Below are positions 29,677-46,178 of a DNA stretch of 64,000 nucleotides, piece after piece. A program made the position numbers and the translations under genes. This DNA is from Salpingoeca rosetta. Lineage: Eukaryota > Protista > Choanoflagellata. The notes beneath the pieces were generated by a model, which was not told where the DNA came from, ran no database searches, and worked only from the letters and a program-made list of their open reading frames with translations. The stretch covers positions 998,360 through 1,062,359 of the forward strand of contig JAWQFM010000003.1 in the NCBI GenBank assembly GCA_033442325.1, in the 5' to 3' direction. Within the stretch, counting starts at the first letter, position 1. Each line of letters opens with the position of its first letter.

Positions 29677-30563
29677 GCACACACACACACACACATAACA
29701 CACATACACACACACACGCACACACACACGCATACACACATAGACACTCGCGCTCGTGCATGTGCTTACAAGATGACTTGGACTCCTCTGCAGTACCGCT
29801 CCCACATGCTGCGGAACCTGGGCTGGCCACCGATATCCCACAGCTGCCAAGCAGGCACGCAAGCGGAAAGACAGGCAGGTTATTGAGAAAACCGCAACCA
29901 TTGTACGCAGGGCCTATTCTATTCGACAGAGCGATCAGGACACTGCAGCCTTCATCGTTCACAGCGCTGTCATGTTTGGGTCTTCCTCACCTTGATTGTG
30001 ACGTTGCCTTTTGTCACCTTCCTCATGTTGAACCCAACAGTTGGCAGCATGTCCTCGTTGTACTTGCCAGACTGCAAAGCGGACGTGAAGAAGCACGCGT
30101 TAACATAAGCGCCATCATGTGCGCAGCAATGTAGGTGCTTGCTTGCTTGCACACATGCAGCATACACGCATGCATACAAACGCGCACACCCACAGATGCA
30201 CACACATGCGCGCGCACGCACACACACGCACACAACTGCTGGGCTTACCGCGATGACGTCCACAAAAGTTGATTTGCCAGAGTTCTGCAAGCCAACCAAG
30301 GTCAGCTCCATCTCCTCCTTCCAAAACAGGCTCTTGAGCCAGTCTAAAGCACACACGCACACATGCATCCACAATAGGTGGTCGACAGACAGTCAGCGCT
30401 GTGCTCGGCATTCCTGCTCACTTCTCACTTCATCCTATAAGCCGCGCAGACAGACACAGAAACACACACACAGGCACACACGCACACAGGCACACACGCA
30501 CACAGGCACACACACCATCGCTGATTAAAACTCACCGATGAACCGGTCGAACCACTCAAACAT
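28699..30563 (-). CDS. ARL8: ADP-ribosylation factor-like 8, about 7 exons
   Basis: [111 protein letters not shown]. Confidence 0.96.
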
Positions 30564-30895
30564 GGCTGTGTGTTGTGTCTGCGTGGGGGGGGGTGTTCAA
30601 AGCCGCAACAGCAGGGGCAGCAGCAGGAGCAGCAGCTGGCTGTGTGTTGTCTGGAGGTTGAGTCTCAGCTCAGGGTGAGCGACGGTCACTCGCTGTCTTC
30701 TCTTCTCCAAAACCTTGTGTTTGCAGCGTTGGCTTCTTTTGATTGATTGTGGGTGCGCAAAACAGCTCGCAAATGAGTCAACAAATATACGATTCGCTGC
30801 GCTTGGCTTGAACCGTGCGATTAGTGCGCACTGAAATTTTACAACCGTCGCTATCCACCAGATGACGGCGCTGCACGAATTCAAACAACACAACA

Positions 30896-30970
<75 letters not shown>

Positions 30971-30971
30971 C

Positions 30972-31444
30972 ATGGCCAACCCTTGGCAGTCGGACACGTA
31001 TGACTTTGCATTCGACCTTGGCAGCTCGGATCGCTTGCTGACGCTGGCGCAGGGCACGGGCCACCTCTCTCATGCGGTGCGTTGATGAAGCGAGCGGTAG
31101 TTTGTGCCCTTGTGGTTTGTGGTGGCTGCTGTTGCAGCGCCGGCAGCAACACCATGCAGCCTTTTTCGTGCGCTCACTGGCAAGCGTGACCGTTACGTTG
31201 TTGTTGTTGGCTTGCAGGAGGTGGAAGATGCGCTTGCGGGGCAGCCGGGAACAGCGCAGAGCAGAAGACAGGCTGAGCATCCATCATTGGAGATGATTGA
31301 AAAGACGGAGAGACACCTCCAATTGTTGGAGCGGCTCCACACTGCAAAGTTAGAAGCTGCGCACCAGGAGAACAGCTCTCGCTTTGCTCGCCTTCTCTCC
31401 CCAGAAGCCCTCGGTGCGTGCGTGCGTGCGTGTGTGCGTATGTG

Positions 31445-31476
<32 letters not shown>

Positions 31477-32357
31477 GAGGTGTGTGATGTGTGCAAGTGT
31501 GTGCAAGTGTGTGAGTGTGTGGTTGTTGTTATATATGTGTGTGTGCTGTTGAGAGCTGCGGAGGTTGCGCAGAGTCGCAGCTCATCCTTCCTCGGCCTTC
31601 CTCATCCTCTTCGCTTTCCCAAAACGCACACACACACACACCCTCTCTTTCTTCCAGAGGGCATGCAAGGGAAGGTTGATTCGCTGTCGGAACACCTGAG
31701 CATGCTTGTATCGAGGAAAGACGCCATTCGCACCAAGCTCGCGAAACAACCCAGCAACTTCATCGACCTCCCCGTACACCTCCACCAGTGAGTAGACATC
31801 CTCCTTGTGCGCGCGTGTGTGTATGTGTATGCGTGTGCATGTGTGTGTGTGTGTGTGTGTTTGCACACTCACACCACATCCCTTGAAACACGCGCGCGCA
31901 CACATGCGCATGCAGGGCCATGATTGACCTTGCCAAGTCCATCCTGAGAGACCTGCACCACTTTCGCCAAACGCTCGCCCAAGTCCAAGCTGCCATGTCC
32001 TTTCCCGTCAGTGACACTGTCAAGGTAGCATAAATGTGGTCTGACGCATCCCACCATCTCGCATGTGTTCGTACCTCCCCACGCCAAATATACAGGCACA
32101 CACACACACACTCACACGCACACGCACTCACACACACACGCACTCACACACACGCACTCACACACACACATACACACACATACACACATACACACACACA
32201 CGCTCACGCACTCACACCTCGTCCCATCCCCCCTTTCCCTGACCTGTGGTGGTGTCAGCAACTTGAGAGCAGGCTGTCCCGCGGGCAGGAGGAGACAATG
32301 GCGCAGCTGAACGCGCTGTTGCCGCGCTTGCTGCACCTCAGTAGCCAACACCAATGA
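30972..32357 (+). CDS. HAUS2: Probable HAUS augmin-like complex subunit 2 (Cep27), 5 exons
   Basis: MANPW start, GTGHLSHAEVE, and LLSPEALEGMQGKVDSLSEHLSMLVSRKDAIRTKLAKQPSNFIDLPVHLHQAMIDL align by eye to recalled human HAUS2 (MAAANPW...[51 protein letters not shown]). About 210 aa, helical. Confidence 0.65.
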
Positions 32358-32755
32358 CCTATTTCCGCCACTTCCACCCTCACCCGAACACACACAATCC
32401 GCACAGCAACCACCAGCAGCAGCGGCAGTATTGCTGTGTTCTTGCTTCCATCTTGTGTTGCCTTGTTTAATCATGCCTATTCGTTTATTAATCGACTACC
32501 TATGCCTGTGAGCCACATCCCCTGCTTTCACATCTGAATGCGCATGTTGGCATGCACACTGAGACCCCTCACCGAGCAGTCCACACTGCACGTAAATGAA
32601 GAAATGCACATGCAAGCGCTGACACTTCTACAGTCGTGATGTAATGTGCAACACACAATTGGACACAAGCACACACACACACACACACACACATCCATCC
32701 ATCCATCCACATCCACATGCACATCCAAACACACAAGCACACACGCACATGCATG

Positions 32756-33592
32756 TCACGTCCATGGGAGGAAAAGGGCGTGCAGGGCAGTCCCCATGAC
32801 GGCATATGCAAGCGACACGCGCAGCCACACACTTCCTTGCCACCACGCACCCGTGCGAAACACATGGGCGCCAAACCAGTACAACAGCGGCGAGGCAGAG
32901 GCGAGCAGGCGCGTGGACACTTGCACGTGCATGGTGAGCAGCGCAAAGAGCGACAGAAAGGCGTGGTACACGGCAACAACAAACACCCGCCCATCCCCAA
33001 ACCCGCCAGCGGTCGCATTGCAATGAGCACGAGTGCGGGGCGGACGCGTGATTGCAGGTGTTGTCGTTGTCGCCATCATCGTTGTGCGATTGTGGCCCTG
33101 TTGTGTCTGGCGTTTGCGCGCACCGTGGTGATGGTGCTGTGAATGCACGCGTGCGTGTGCTTGGACGGCTGAAGCTGGAGCTGTTGCTGGTGGCGATGTG
33201 TCTGTTGTTGCAGCTGCCGCGGTTACTTGTGGCGCTGGCGACTTCTGATGGCGTGCGTGGCGGAGCAGCGAGGCCAGGGGCACCATGGCGTCCGTGATGC
33301 AATCACCCACGGGCCCGCGAAGAGCGAGGGTGGATAAATGCTCCGGTTTCAACCGCACGTGCGTCCACACGGCAGCGACAGATGCAACCATCACAGGTGC
33401 AGCAAGCACAAAGTTGGGAAGCTGTGATGTGTGCGTGTGTGTGATGTGAAGTGTGTGTGTGTGTGTTGATGTGGAACGGGAAAAGGCGCTGGCAGTGGAT
33501 AGGAGGGAAGGAGTGGGTGTATGCGCGTCCCAAAAGTGAATACCCATCACCCCCAAACACACACACACACACACACACACACCCATCACCCC

Positions 33593-33629
<37 letters not shown>

Positions 33630-35599
33630 ACACAAGTAGCAGCATGGGCGTGCTCACTTGCGCTGCCTGGTACTGTTGGAGGAAGCCGACGTGCCAGTAA
33701 TGATGTTGAATGTACCCGTAGATGGAAGGAATGGTGCTGTTGCACCATGGTGGTGGCGGATCATATGCAACAGTTGTGTGACCATCATCACCCGTGCGGT
33801 CGATGCAGAACACAGTGTAGGCGTATGCCTGGAACGCAATGAAGGGAGCAACGATGATCGCTACCCCGAAACATGCACGGGCCAGCGCTCGCGGGATTGA
33901 CGAGGACGTGCACAGCGCAAAGTGGACAACGAAGCCTAAACGGAGTACATAACAGCAGCAGCAGCAGCAGACACACGCACGCACGAGAAAGCTGTCGGGT
34001 CAGGAGGAGTTGGACAAGAAGCGTTGTGGCAGGAGGGGTTGATGGGGTGTGCGTGTGGTGTGCGTTAGGTGTTGTGTGGCGAGTGGCTCTTTGTATCCAC
34101 ATTCATCAAAGTGAAACTGGCAGGTGCATCTAGACGCACCTGCAGTGACAACGCCGTTGGACCGCATGCACGTTGCCAGTGCGAAGAGAATGCTTGCAGG
34201 CAGCAGCCTGAGCAGCACAGCAGATGACGCCGGGGTCTTGGGAGGTGTCTCGACCACTGTGTGGCCTTGATCCTCGCCGTAGACATCGTCACAGTAAAAG
34301 TTGCCTCTGAACAGCCAATACAGTGCAGAGAAGACGAGCAGCGCAAAGATGGACTCTGTGTAGGCTGCGCCAAAGAATGGCAGCGCCGGATTTACAGCGA
34401 ACAACATCGCAGCAACACGCGCATCCCTCTCGTTGCCCATCACCTGTCGCACATGTGTGTGTGTGTGAGTGAGTGTGTGTGTGTGTGTGTGTGTGAGTGC
34501 ATGCGTGTGTGCGTGAGTGTGTGAGTGCATGCGTGCGTGAGTGAGTGAGTGAGTGCGTGAGTGAGTGAGTGAGTGAGTGTGTACGTCAGTCTACAAATGC
34601 ATGCGCGCTTTTACATGGGTGAGTGTCTGCATGCATTGACGCTGTTGTGGTTGTGGCTGCTTTCTTGTGTGTCTGCGTGCGTGAGTCCAGAGCCATGACA
34701 CGCTGCACTGTCTTCTTCATTGGGAACCTCACCTCGCGTGTGAGCTTGAACAACATGGCAGTGGCAAGGAAGAATGCAACCGCGTTGGCCGCCTCAATGC
34801 TGGCTGCTGCCCAGCACCGGCAAGACGGCATCCCTCGCGCCCACGAGCCAATCGCTGCGAGACCAGGGAAGAACGCAAAGTTCTGCACCAGAAGCCATGC
34901 GACACACACACACACACGCACACACATACACATACACATTATAAAGACAGTGAGGCGGTGTGATTCAAAGCAGTAGCGGCGTGGATGCCGCTGCGAGAGA
35001 ATGCGCGTGGTGCTTGTGGTTGACAAGGTATTGAAAGACATGTTGGTACTGTGGGTGCATTGTCCACACCTGCTCATGTTGATAGCCGTGGCACGCAATG
35101 TTGGCAAAGTACACGCCATCCCATGTGGCGAGCCTGTTCCAAGCACATGCCAACACACGTAAGATCCGAGCAACACGCCACTGTGCTGCGGCAGCAAGAA
35201 GTGTTGCATGACCACAAGTATCCGTGTGAACACACACCACATCCGCACACACGTCCACACATCCACACGTCCACACATCCACACACACACGTCCACACAC
35301 ACACACACACACACATTCGCACACACATACACACGCACACACACGTCCACACACACACACACACACACATTCGCACACACACACACACACGCACACATGT
35401 AACCATCAACATCAACGCACGCTTGCACGATGGACGGGCAGTGAAAGGTGTCGTTGTCGGCTGCTTCATTGTCATACTGGAAGAAGATGTCAAGGGAGGT
35501 GTCATAGGGATCAAACCAGCTCGCACACAGCCAACTGCAGCCCAACAACACCAACCTCGCTCCAAACGCAACCGCAACTGTCTCCTCCATCCATCCCAT
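32756..35599 (-). CDS. PIGV: GPI mannosyltransferase II (PIG-V/Gpi18)
   Basis: [105 protein letters not shown]-terminal FLPWT*. Confidence 0.95.
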
Positions 35600-35945
35600 T
35601 CCCCGCCGTGCACTGGCTACTGCTGTTGTTTTGTTTGTTTGTTGTTTTGTGTTGTGTCAATTGCGAAATTTCATGGATATTTTCAGCAACTTCTCTTTCA
35701 CGTGTGGATGGTGCGAGCTGTGTAACTGCTGCTGTTTGCGTGGCATGGCATGGTGGTGGTGCTGTGTGTGGTGGTGTGGGTGGCGCACACCTCTGCTTTG
35801 CTGTGCTGTGCTGTGCTGTGCTGTGCTGTGCTTGCGTTGGTTTGATTCACTTTCCTTGCTTGCTTCGCATCCACGACAACCCGCATTCACCTCGCTCACA
35901 TCACGCGCACTCCAGGTTCAGGAGCACAACGAGTACAACGACATC

Positions 35946-38155
35946 ATGACAAGTGTGGCGGATAAGCTGAAGAAATTTGGCCTCAACGACTCCAAGGTCG
36001 TCGAGGTCGAGAAGAACAAGGTCACCACGAACGCCCTCCTCTCGTTCCTCGAGAAGGTGTGTATTTGGTGTGTTGTGGTGTGTTTGTGTGCAGAAGCTTG
36101 TATCACCTCGGAGCAGCGCGTGCGTGTACACACACGTGTTCGCAAGTGCTTCTATGTTTGCCTTGGCATCTCTGGATTGTCACATGCCCAACATCGACTC
36201 ACGCACGCACGCACACACACACACACACATGCACACACACACACATGCACACACACGCACGCACACACACCTACGCACACACACACACACATGCACACAC
36301 GCACACTCCCTCACTCCCTCACTCCCTCACACAACGCGCACACACACACACACTCGCTCACTCCATTCACCCCCACAGTATGGCAAGGATGAGCTGGACT
36401 CCGGTCATGCCACGCTTCTGTTCACTCTGGCCTCCTTGCTGCCCAAGAGCAAGTTCATGACAGAGGAGTACATCAACAAGCTCTACGACGCAATCACGTA
36501 TGGTACCACGCACAGAAAGAGAGATAGTGTGTGTATGTGTGTTGGTGAGAGAGTGAGAGAGTTTGTGTATGTGCATGTTAACATGTGTCCTTCCGTTCCG
36601 GCAGCGACATTGAACAAGGCTGCCCCTTCGACCACCATCATTCGCGCCCATTCGCTCGCTCTTCTCATGTTACTTTGTGCGTTCCTTGTCCTTCTACGCT
36701 TGCGGATGTTGCAGGAACAACCAGATTACCATGAGGCCGCAGCTTGATGGTGAGCAGCTGCGCTCAAGCTTCCGTCTTCCCACATGCCTCCTTGATCTTG
36801 CTCCATTTTGCCTCCCTCTCCCCTCCTCTCCCTCACTGCCATATTGCGGCACCACCCCCACAAGCCTGCAACACAACGAAACGCCAGTGTCTTCAGCTCT
36901 CACCCCTCACTTTGCTCCGCGTTGCTTGGCTTCCCTCTGCTTCCCTTTGCTTCCCTTGGTTTTGGATGCCCTGTGCAGCTGCCCTTGCGTTTTTCCGCGG
37001 CTGCCGCGGTGACATGAGCGGATTTGAGTCTGCGTGCGGCATTGGCATCACTGTCACCGCCGAGGACATCACCGCTGCGGTGAAGAAGGTGATTGATGAC
37101 AACCTGCCGGAGCTCAAGAAGCAGCGCTACCGCTTCCCGATTGGCAAGCTCATGGGTAAGCAGCCGCCAGCGAAAGGTTGTGTGGGGTTTGGGATGGCGA
37201 TTGCGTGGTGGTCGAGAATGGTGCACGTATGCATGCATGCAAGTGGCACAAGGCGTGCAAGTCGTGCATCAGTATGAACTGCACACACGCGCGCGCACAC
37301 ACGCACACACGCGCGCGCACACACCGCACATTACGCACTGTGCGCGCACCCGGCTTACCCAACGCGCTCACTCAAGCACACACGTTCATACACACACACA
37401 TGCGCATGTGTTGGGCAAAGGTGGCGTGCGTGCGCTGCAGCCATGGGCGGACCAGAAGGCGGTGAAGGCCGAGGTTGACGCGCAGGTGCTGGCAGTGCTG
37501 GGCCCCAAGACAGAGGAGGACATGAAGAAGCCTGTCAAGACGAAGGTGAAGGATAAGAAGCCAAAGGCCGAGAAGAAGAAGAAGGACGAGCTCGCCGACA
37601 CGCCCGAGGAAGTGACGTTCAAGGGCGCCGCAGCCAAGTTCCACAGCGTGGGCGAGAACGACCAGACGGACGGGTATGTGCTGACGCCCAACACGGTACG
37701 GCTGCTGAAGGAGCACTACGACGCTGTCGGCGGCAAGGTGCACACGCGTTTCCCGCCCGAACCAAACGGTATCCTCCACATTGGCCACGCAAAGGCCATC
37801 ACCTTCAACTTTGCATACGCCCGCGACCGCGGTGGCAACTGCTATCTCAGGTGTGTGTGTGTGTGTATGTGTGTGTATGTGTGTGTGTATGTGTGTGTAT
37901 GTGTGAATGTCTAAGGGGGGGGGTGTTCTGTTACTTGTGGCGTAGTTGTGACGTGTGCTCACTGCTGTGACAAAATCATCTGGGATTGCCAGGTATGATG
38001 ACACCAACCCTGAGGCCGAGGACGAGGAGTTTTTCCGGGGCATTCTTCGCGATGTCACGTGGCTCGGACACACCCCCTTCAAAATCACACACTCCTCCGG
38101 TAAGGGCCGCACACACATGAACATGCACACGCACATACATACATGCATGCACGCA

Positions 38156-38186
<31 letters not shown>

Positions 38187-38702
38187 TCTCTCTCTCTATC
38201 TGTGCAACGGGTGCTCATGCGTGCCTGACCATGCTTGTGGTGCGCAGACTACTTCGACGAGCTGTACGCGGCCGCTGTTGAGCTGATCAAGCGCGACAAG
38301 GCATACGTCTGCCACCAGCAGGCCGAGGAGGTGTGTGCGTGGCTGTTGGTACTCCTGTTGATACTGCTGGGGGGTTGGGGTGGTGTGGTGAAGAGGCCGA
38401 ACTTCGTGCGTGTGCGTGTGCGTATTTGTGTGTGTCGCTTCCGCCACAACCAAGACACTGACGGCCAAGTATTGTACCTTTTGTCTGCTCAATGTTTGCC
38501 CACGTGTGTGGCGTGTGTGGCGTGTGCAGCTGAAAGGGTATGCAGACCGGAAGGAGTCACCGTGGCGGGACCGGCCGATTTCCGAGTCGCTGCAGCTGTT
38601 TGAAGACATGCGCCGCGGCCTCATTGACGAGGGCAAGGCAACACTCCGCATGAAGCACATCATGGAGGTGAGACATCTTCACGCACACATCCACATCCAC
38701 AT

Positions 38703-38752
<50 letters not shown>

Positions 38753-40013
38753 CTACATCCACACATCCACATCCACATTTACATGCACATCCACATGCAT
38801 ACGCACACACACATAAGCTGTGCGTGGTATTGGAGGGAGGTTGAGACTTCACTGGTGATGTTGCTGTTGTTGTTGTGTGTATGATGGCAATGTGTGTTTG
38901 TTTGTTGACGCCGCTGTCAATGCTCACGTGCGCCTGCATGGCACCCTATCATGTGCACACAATCTCCACTGCCACCACGACCCAACAGGACGGCAAGATT
39001 GATCCTGTTGCGTACCGCATCAAGTTCACGCCGCACCCGCGCACGGGCGACAAGTGGTGCATCTACCCGACCTACGACTTCACCCACTGCCTCTGCGATT
39101 CGCTGGAGAACATCACGTGCGAGCACTTGTGCCGCTGACAAAGCGAGGGAGGGGAGGGAAGAGGATGTTTGCCTCGTCTTTGCGTCTTGGCAACGAAGTA
39201 CTCGTGCAATTGTTGCTGTTGCTGTTGTTGCCTCTGTTGCCTTTGCTGCTTGCGTTGCTCAGGTCTCACTCATCGCTGTTTTGACATATGTACGTGTGTG
39301 TGTGTGTGTGTGTGCCAGGCACTCGCTGTGCACGAAGGAGTTCCAGAACCGCCGCTCGTCTTACTACTGGCTCTGCAACGCCCTCGACTGGTACTGCCCA
39401 GTCCAGGTCAGTACTTGTGTGCGCGTGTGTATCTTTGTGCGTATCTGTGTTTGTTTGAGTGTGTGTTTTGGCTTTGATTTCTTCGTCTGCGTGTTTCACC
39501 ACACCCTTGTCACTGCCACTCACGCCCTGGCTGTGCGTTGTTGTATTGTGACGTGTGCAGTGGGAGTACGGCCGGCTGAACCTGTCGTACGCGCTCGTGT
39601 CCAAGCGCAAGATTGGCAAGCTGATTGCCTCTGGCATTGTGCGCGGCTGGGACGATCCTCGCCTCTTCACCCTCGCCGCCCTCAGGTTGGAGCTGTGGGT
39701 GTGGGGGGGGGGGCGGGTCTGTGCCTGTGTGTGTGTTCTTTGTGTTTCGGTGTGTGTTCTCTGCATTGCTTTATCTCACCTGCTGCAACGGCGTTGCGCC
39801 GTCACTGCCTCGCCCAGGCGCCGCGGGTTCCCTCCCGCCGCCATCACGGACTTTTGCAACAAAGTCGGCGTCACAGAGAGCCAGTCGCTGGTGCGTTTAC
39901 ATATGACGTGCTGCCTACCATTGCTGAACCATCTCGTGTTGTTGTTGTTGTTGTTGTTGTTGTTGTCGTCGTCGTCGTTGTTGTTGTTGTCGTTGTCGTT
40001 GTTGTCGTTGTCG

Positions 40014-40083
<70 letters not shown>

Positions 40084-41345
40084 GGAAGACCATTGCACTG
40101 CACTCCGTATCTGCATCGGCGCTGTCGTTTGCGTCATCGTCATCATCATCATCAACAACAACAACAACAAATCACGGTGTCTAACCGCATTCACACACAC
40201 ACACTCACCGCCACGACCTTGTTTGTTTGCGGTGCTGTCTGCAGACGCACCCTGCGCTGCTTGAGGCGTGCGTGCGCGACCTGCTGAACAAGACGGCGCG
40301 CCGCGTCATGGCTGTGCTGGACCCAATCAAGGTGACGATTGAGGGCGACTGCGTCCCGTCAGAGGTGGCCATGCAGAACAACCCTCTTGACGAGGCCGCG
40401 GGCACGCACACCGTGCACATGTGCAACGTCGTCTACATTGACCGGGACGACTTCTCAGAGAACCCGCCAAAGGGTGCGTTGGATGTTTGGTGTGTGCGGT
40501 GTGTGGTGTGTTTGTGGGTCTGCGTGAGTTGGCTTCTCCTTCATGCCTTGATGCCGCTTGGCTGCAAACACGCGCACGTACTCTTGACACTTGCACGCTG
40601 ACCTGGTTCCCCATGTGATGTGCAGGGTACAAGCGGCTGACGCCCGAGCAGCCGGTTGGCCTCAAGGGCGCCGGCCTCGTGCTCTCGCTCAAGTCTGTGA
40701 AGAAGGACACGGACGGCAACGTCACAGAGCTCGTTGTCAGTGCAGAGCCCGCCACAAAGGAGAACAAGCCAAAGGTACGCATGTATGTGCGCGTCTGTGT
40801 GTGTATGTGTGTGTGTGTGTCAGCGTGTGAGTATCTTGGCGTGATGACTCTTTTGTTGTCTGCGCGAGTACCCGTGAGACGCTGCGCTGCGTACATCGAG
40901 TGCACTGCACCCCGCTTCCTCACACACTCACTCACGCAATCTTTCACCCACTGCTGAATCTGTGCGCAGGCATTTATCCACTGGGTGTCGTCGGCGTCGC
41001 CGGATGTGGAGCCCCGCCGCGCCCAGGTCCTCGTCTTCCACCAGCTGTACGTACACACACACACACGCACACACGCACACACACACACGCACACACACAT
41101 GTGCGGTTGTTGGCAAGTCCATGCTAAAAGGACAATGTTCTGGCTGCGTGCGCGTGTTTCGACAGTAGCACACATAATCACGCACGTTAACGCACATGTT
41201 CACCCCCATCCATGCACTGCTGCACGTTCAGGTTCAAGACAGAGAACCCGCAGGAGGGTGGCAACATGATGAAGAACGTCAACGAGGTGCGCGGACATCG
41301 GCACCACATGCAACTGCCATCTCCCTGCACCTCGCGCGTGCCCAG

Positions 41346-41386
<41 letters not shown>

Positions 41387-41790
41387 GTTCCGACGGCCAC
41401 TTTGCCTTTCACTCACTTGTGCACGTGCTCATTCCATGTCCAGAACTCGCTCGACGTCTTTGACGCCATGATCGACGAGGGCGTTAACAGTGAGTGTGTT
41501 TGTGTGCGTGAGAGTGTGTATGTGAGTGAGTGTCTGCGTGTCTGTCTGGGTCTGTGTCTGTCTCTGTGAGTGAGCGGATATGCTCGTGCAAGCTAGCAGC
41601 GCGTGCATGTCTCAACACTGAACATCGTGCCTTGTCTCACACACTTGTGCACACTTCCGTGCGCCATGCCCACCACCCACGACCACGACTTCCATGGCAG
41701 ACCTGACGCCCGGCACCGTGTACCAGTTTGAGCGCATCGGCTACTTTGCTGTCGACACCGAGACAAAGAAGGACCAGGTTTGTGTGTGCG

Positions 41791-41852
<62 letters not shown>

Positions 41853-41989
41853 TTGTGTGTGTGTGTGCGTGTGTGGCGTGCGTGTGTGTGTAACTCATTA
41901 GCCCACTGATCGTGTGCTGCTTGCCACAGATTGTGTTCAACCGCACCGTTGCCCTGCGTGAGGACTCTGGCAAGAAGAAGACAAAGTGA
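35946..41989 (+). CDS. QARS1: Glutaminyl-tRNA synthetase, eukaryotic type with N-terminal domain
   Basis: [37 protein letters not shown] (HIGH), [86 protein letters not shown]. Confidence 0.97.
39938..40082. repeat. (GTT/GTC)n trinucleotide repeat, QARS intron
   Basis: Directly visible. Confidence 0.95.
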
Positions 41990-42329
41990 GGCGGCAGCAA
42001 CGCATGAGCAGAGAAACGACGACGATGGACGCCAGCAGCAACTGATGCTTCTGTGCATGGAATTGGTGTTGATTGTTGTGTCTCTGTTCGCTGTCTTCAC
42101 CTCCTTTGCCTTGTGCCTTGTCCTTTCCCCTTCCTTTTTCTCTCTCCCTCTCTTTCTCCATTTGCTGGTGCTTGCTTGGAATAGCACTTGTCTGTGTTGT
42201 GGTTTGTGTGCTGTATTGCTCGAAAAGTAGACGTTTGTACTCGCCCCTTCCTCCTTGCACAGCAAGCGCTATGTAACATGACGGCCACTGAATGGGCCGG
42301 AAGGGTGCATCATGCACAGTAACAGGAAC

Positions 42330-44611
<2,282 letters not shown>

Positions 44612-44944
44612 TTGGTGCTTGTGAGAGTGTGATTGTGTGTGTGTGTGTGTGTGTGATTGTGTGATATGACATGATGAGGGTGCGTGTCTGTGTGACATGA
44701 CATGATTGGTGTGCCTGCGTGTGTGTGTGTGATTGAGTGTGTGTGTATGTGTCGCACACGCACCTCTCTTGCTTCTGAGCCCTCATGTTTGTTGTCATGT
44801 CCATCCATGGCTTGTTGTCTTCGTTCATCACTTACAATGTACAGGCAGGGCAGTCAATTAGCATGCAGCAATGTCACATCAGCAAAGGCATCGTCGTGTC
44901 TCACACCACACCACACTCAAGCCACATGTTCACGCGCGTTATGG

Positions 44945-45275
44945 TTATGACTTGGATGCATATGATCGGTACTGGGCGCTGTAGCCGCGGTCACGCCCGC
45001 GTCGGCCCGAGGAGGACGACGAAAGGGAAGGGTGCTGGCTAAAGCTCCCTCGACGGCTTGGTTGCGGTGTCTCCGCAGCTGTCGCCAAGGCAAGCAGCCT
45101 ACACCAAGGGAACAAGCGGTCCACAACAGAAGGCACAAGGGGGGAGGGGGTGAGGCACCAGCAGCAGCGCTCGGCAATGACAATGACCGCTGTTGTCACA
45201 ATGCACACTAACCAGTGACCCACACGCGTAGGCATACACGAGTACGCACCCACTGAAACAAAATCCCCAACACAA

Positions 45276-45350
<75 letters not shown>

Positions 45351-46037
45351 GCATCACACACAAGCATCACACACAAGCATCACACACACAAGCATCACAC
45401 AAGCATCACACACACAAGCATCACACACACAAACCCATACGTTGCGACTCTGTCGCGCTCCTGCTGCTGCCGCTGGAGCTGCCGCTGCTTCATGGTGTTC
45501 ATGCTGTTCTCGTGCTCGCCTGAGCTGTGATCAGCCTTGCCGTGATGCCGTCGCTTCTTGTCTTTCTTCTCCTTCTTGTGCTTCTTGTGCTTGTGTTTCT
45601 TGTGTTTCCTGTGCTTCTTGCTCCTCTTGTGATGTGAGGCAGCATCGCTGCCACCACTGCTGTCACTTGCACTGCCATCCCTGTCGTGGGTGCGGGGCGC
45701 AGCTGATGCTGGTGCTGTGTGCTGTGCAGCTGCAAGTGACGAGGAGGACGAGGAGAAGTGCGGCGGTGGCGGGCGATGGCCACGTGCAACAGAGGGCGAA
45801 TTGCCCAAGAGGGGCGGGGCAAGGCGGCGCTCTCGGTCCTCTTGCTTCCTGCGGGCATCTGTCCTCCTTTTCTCCATGGCGTGCAGATGCGTCTACGCAA
45901 AGGTGGGGGAGAAGGATAGAGGCGTTGGAGAGGTGAATTTGCAGAGAGGTGGCACGTTGGAGGACAGGCACAGTGTGTGTGTGTGTGATATGTGTGTGTA
46001 TGATGTGTGTTTGTGTGTGTGTGTGTGTTTGTGTGTG

Positions 46038-46116
<79 letters not shown>

Positions 46117-46121
46117 ATGAT

Positions 46122-46178
<57 letters not shown>

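Noticed and set aside
35673-35945. Upstream ATG (MDIFSNF) as an N-terminal extension of QARS
   Set aside because: The plausible splice (35702-35915) puts it out of frame with a quick stop; MTSVADKL at 35946 fits the family N-terminus.
37769-37777. GTATCCT resembling a U12 minor-intron donor
   Set aside because: It lies inside the conserved [12 protein letters not shown] coding motif.
45345-45430. Regularly spaced CAAGCAT units resembling a CRISPR-like array
   Set aside because: The spacers are only variable (CA)n; this is an intronic minisatellite with no cas genes, in a eukaryote.
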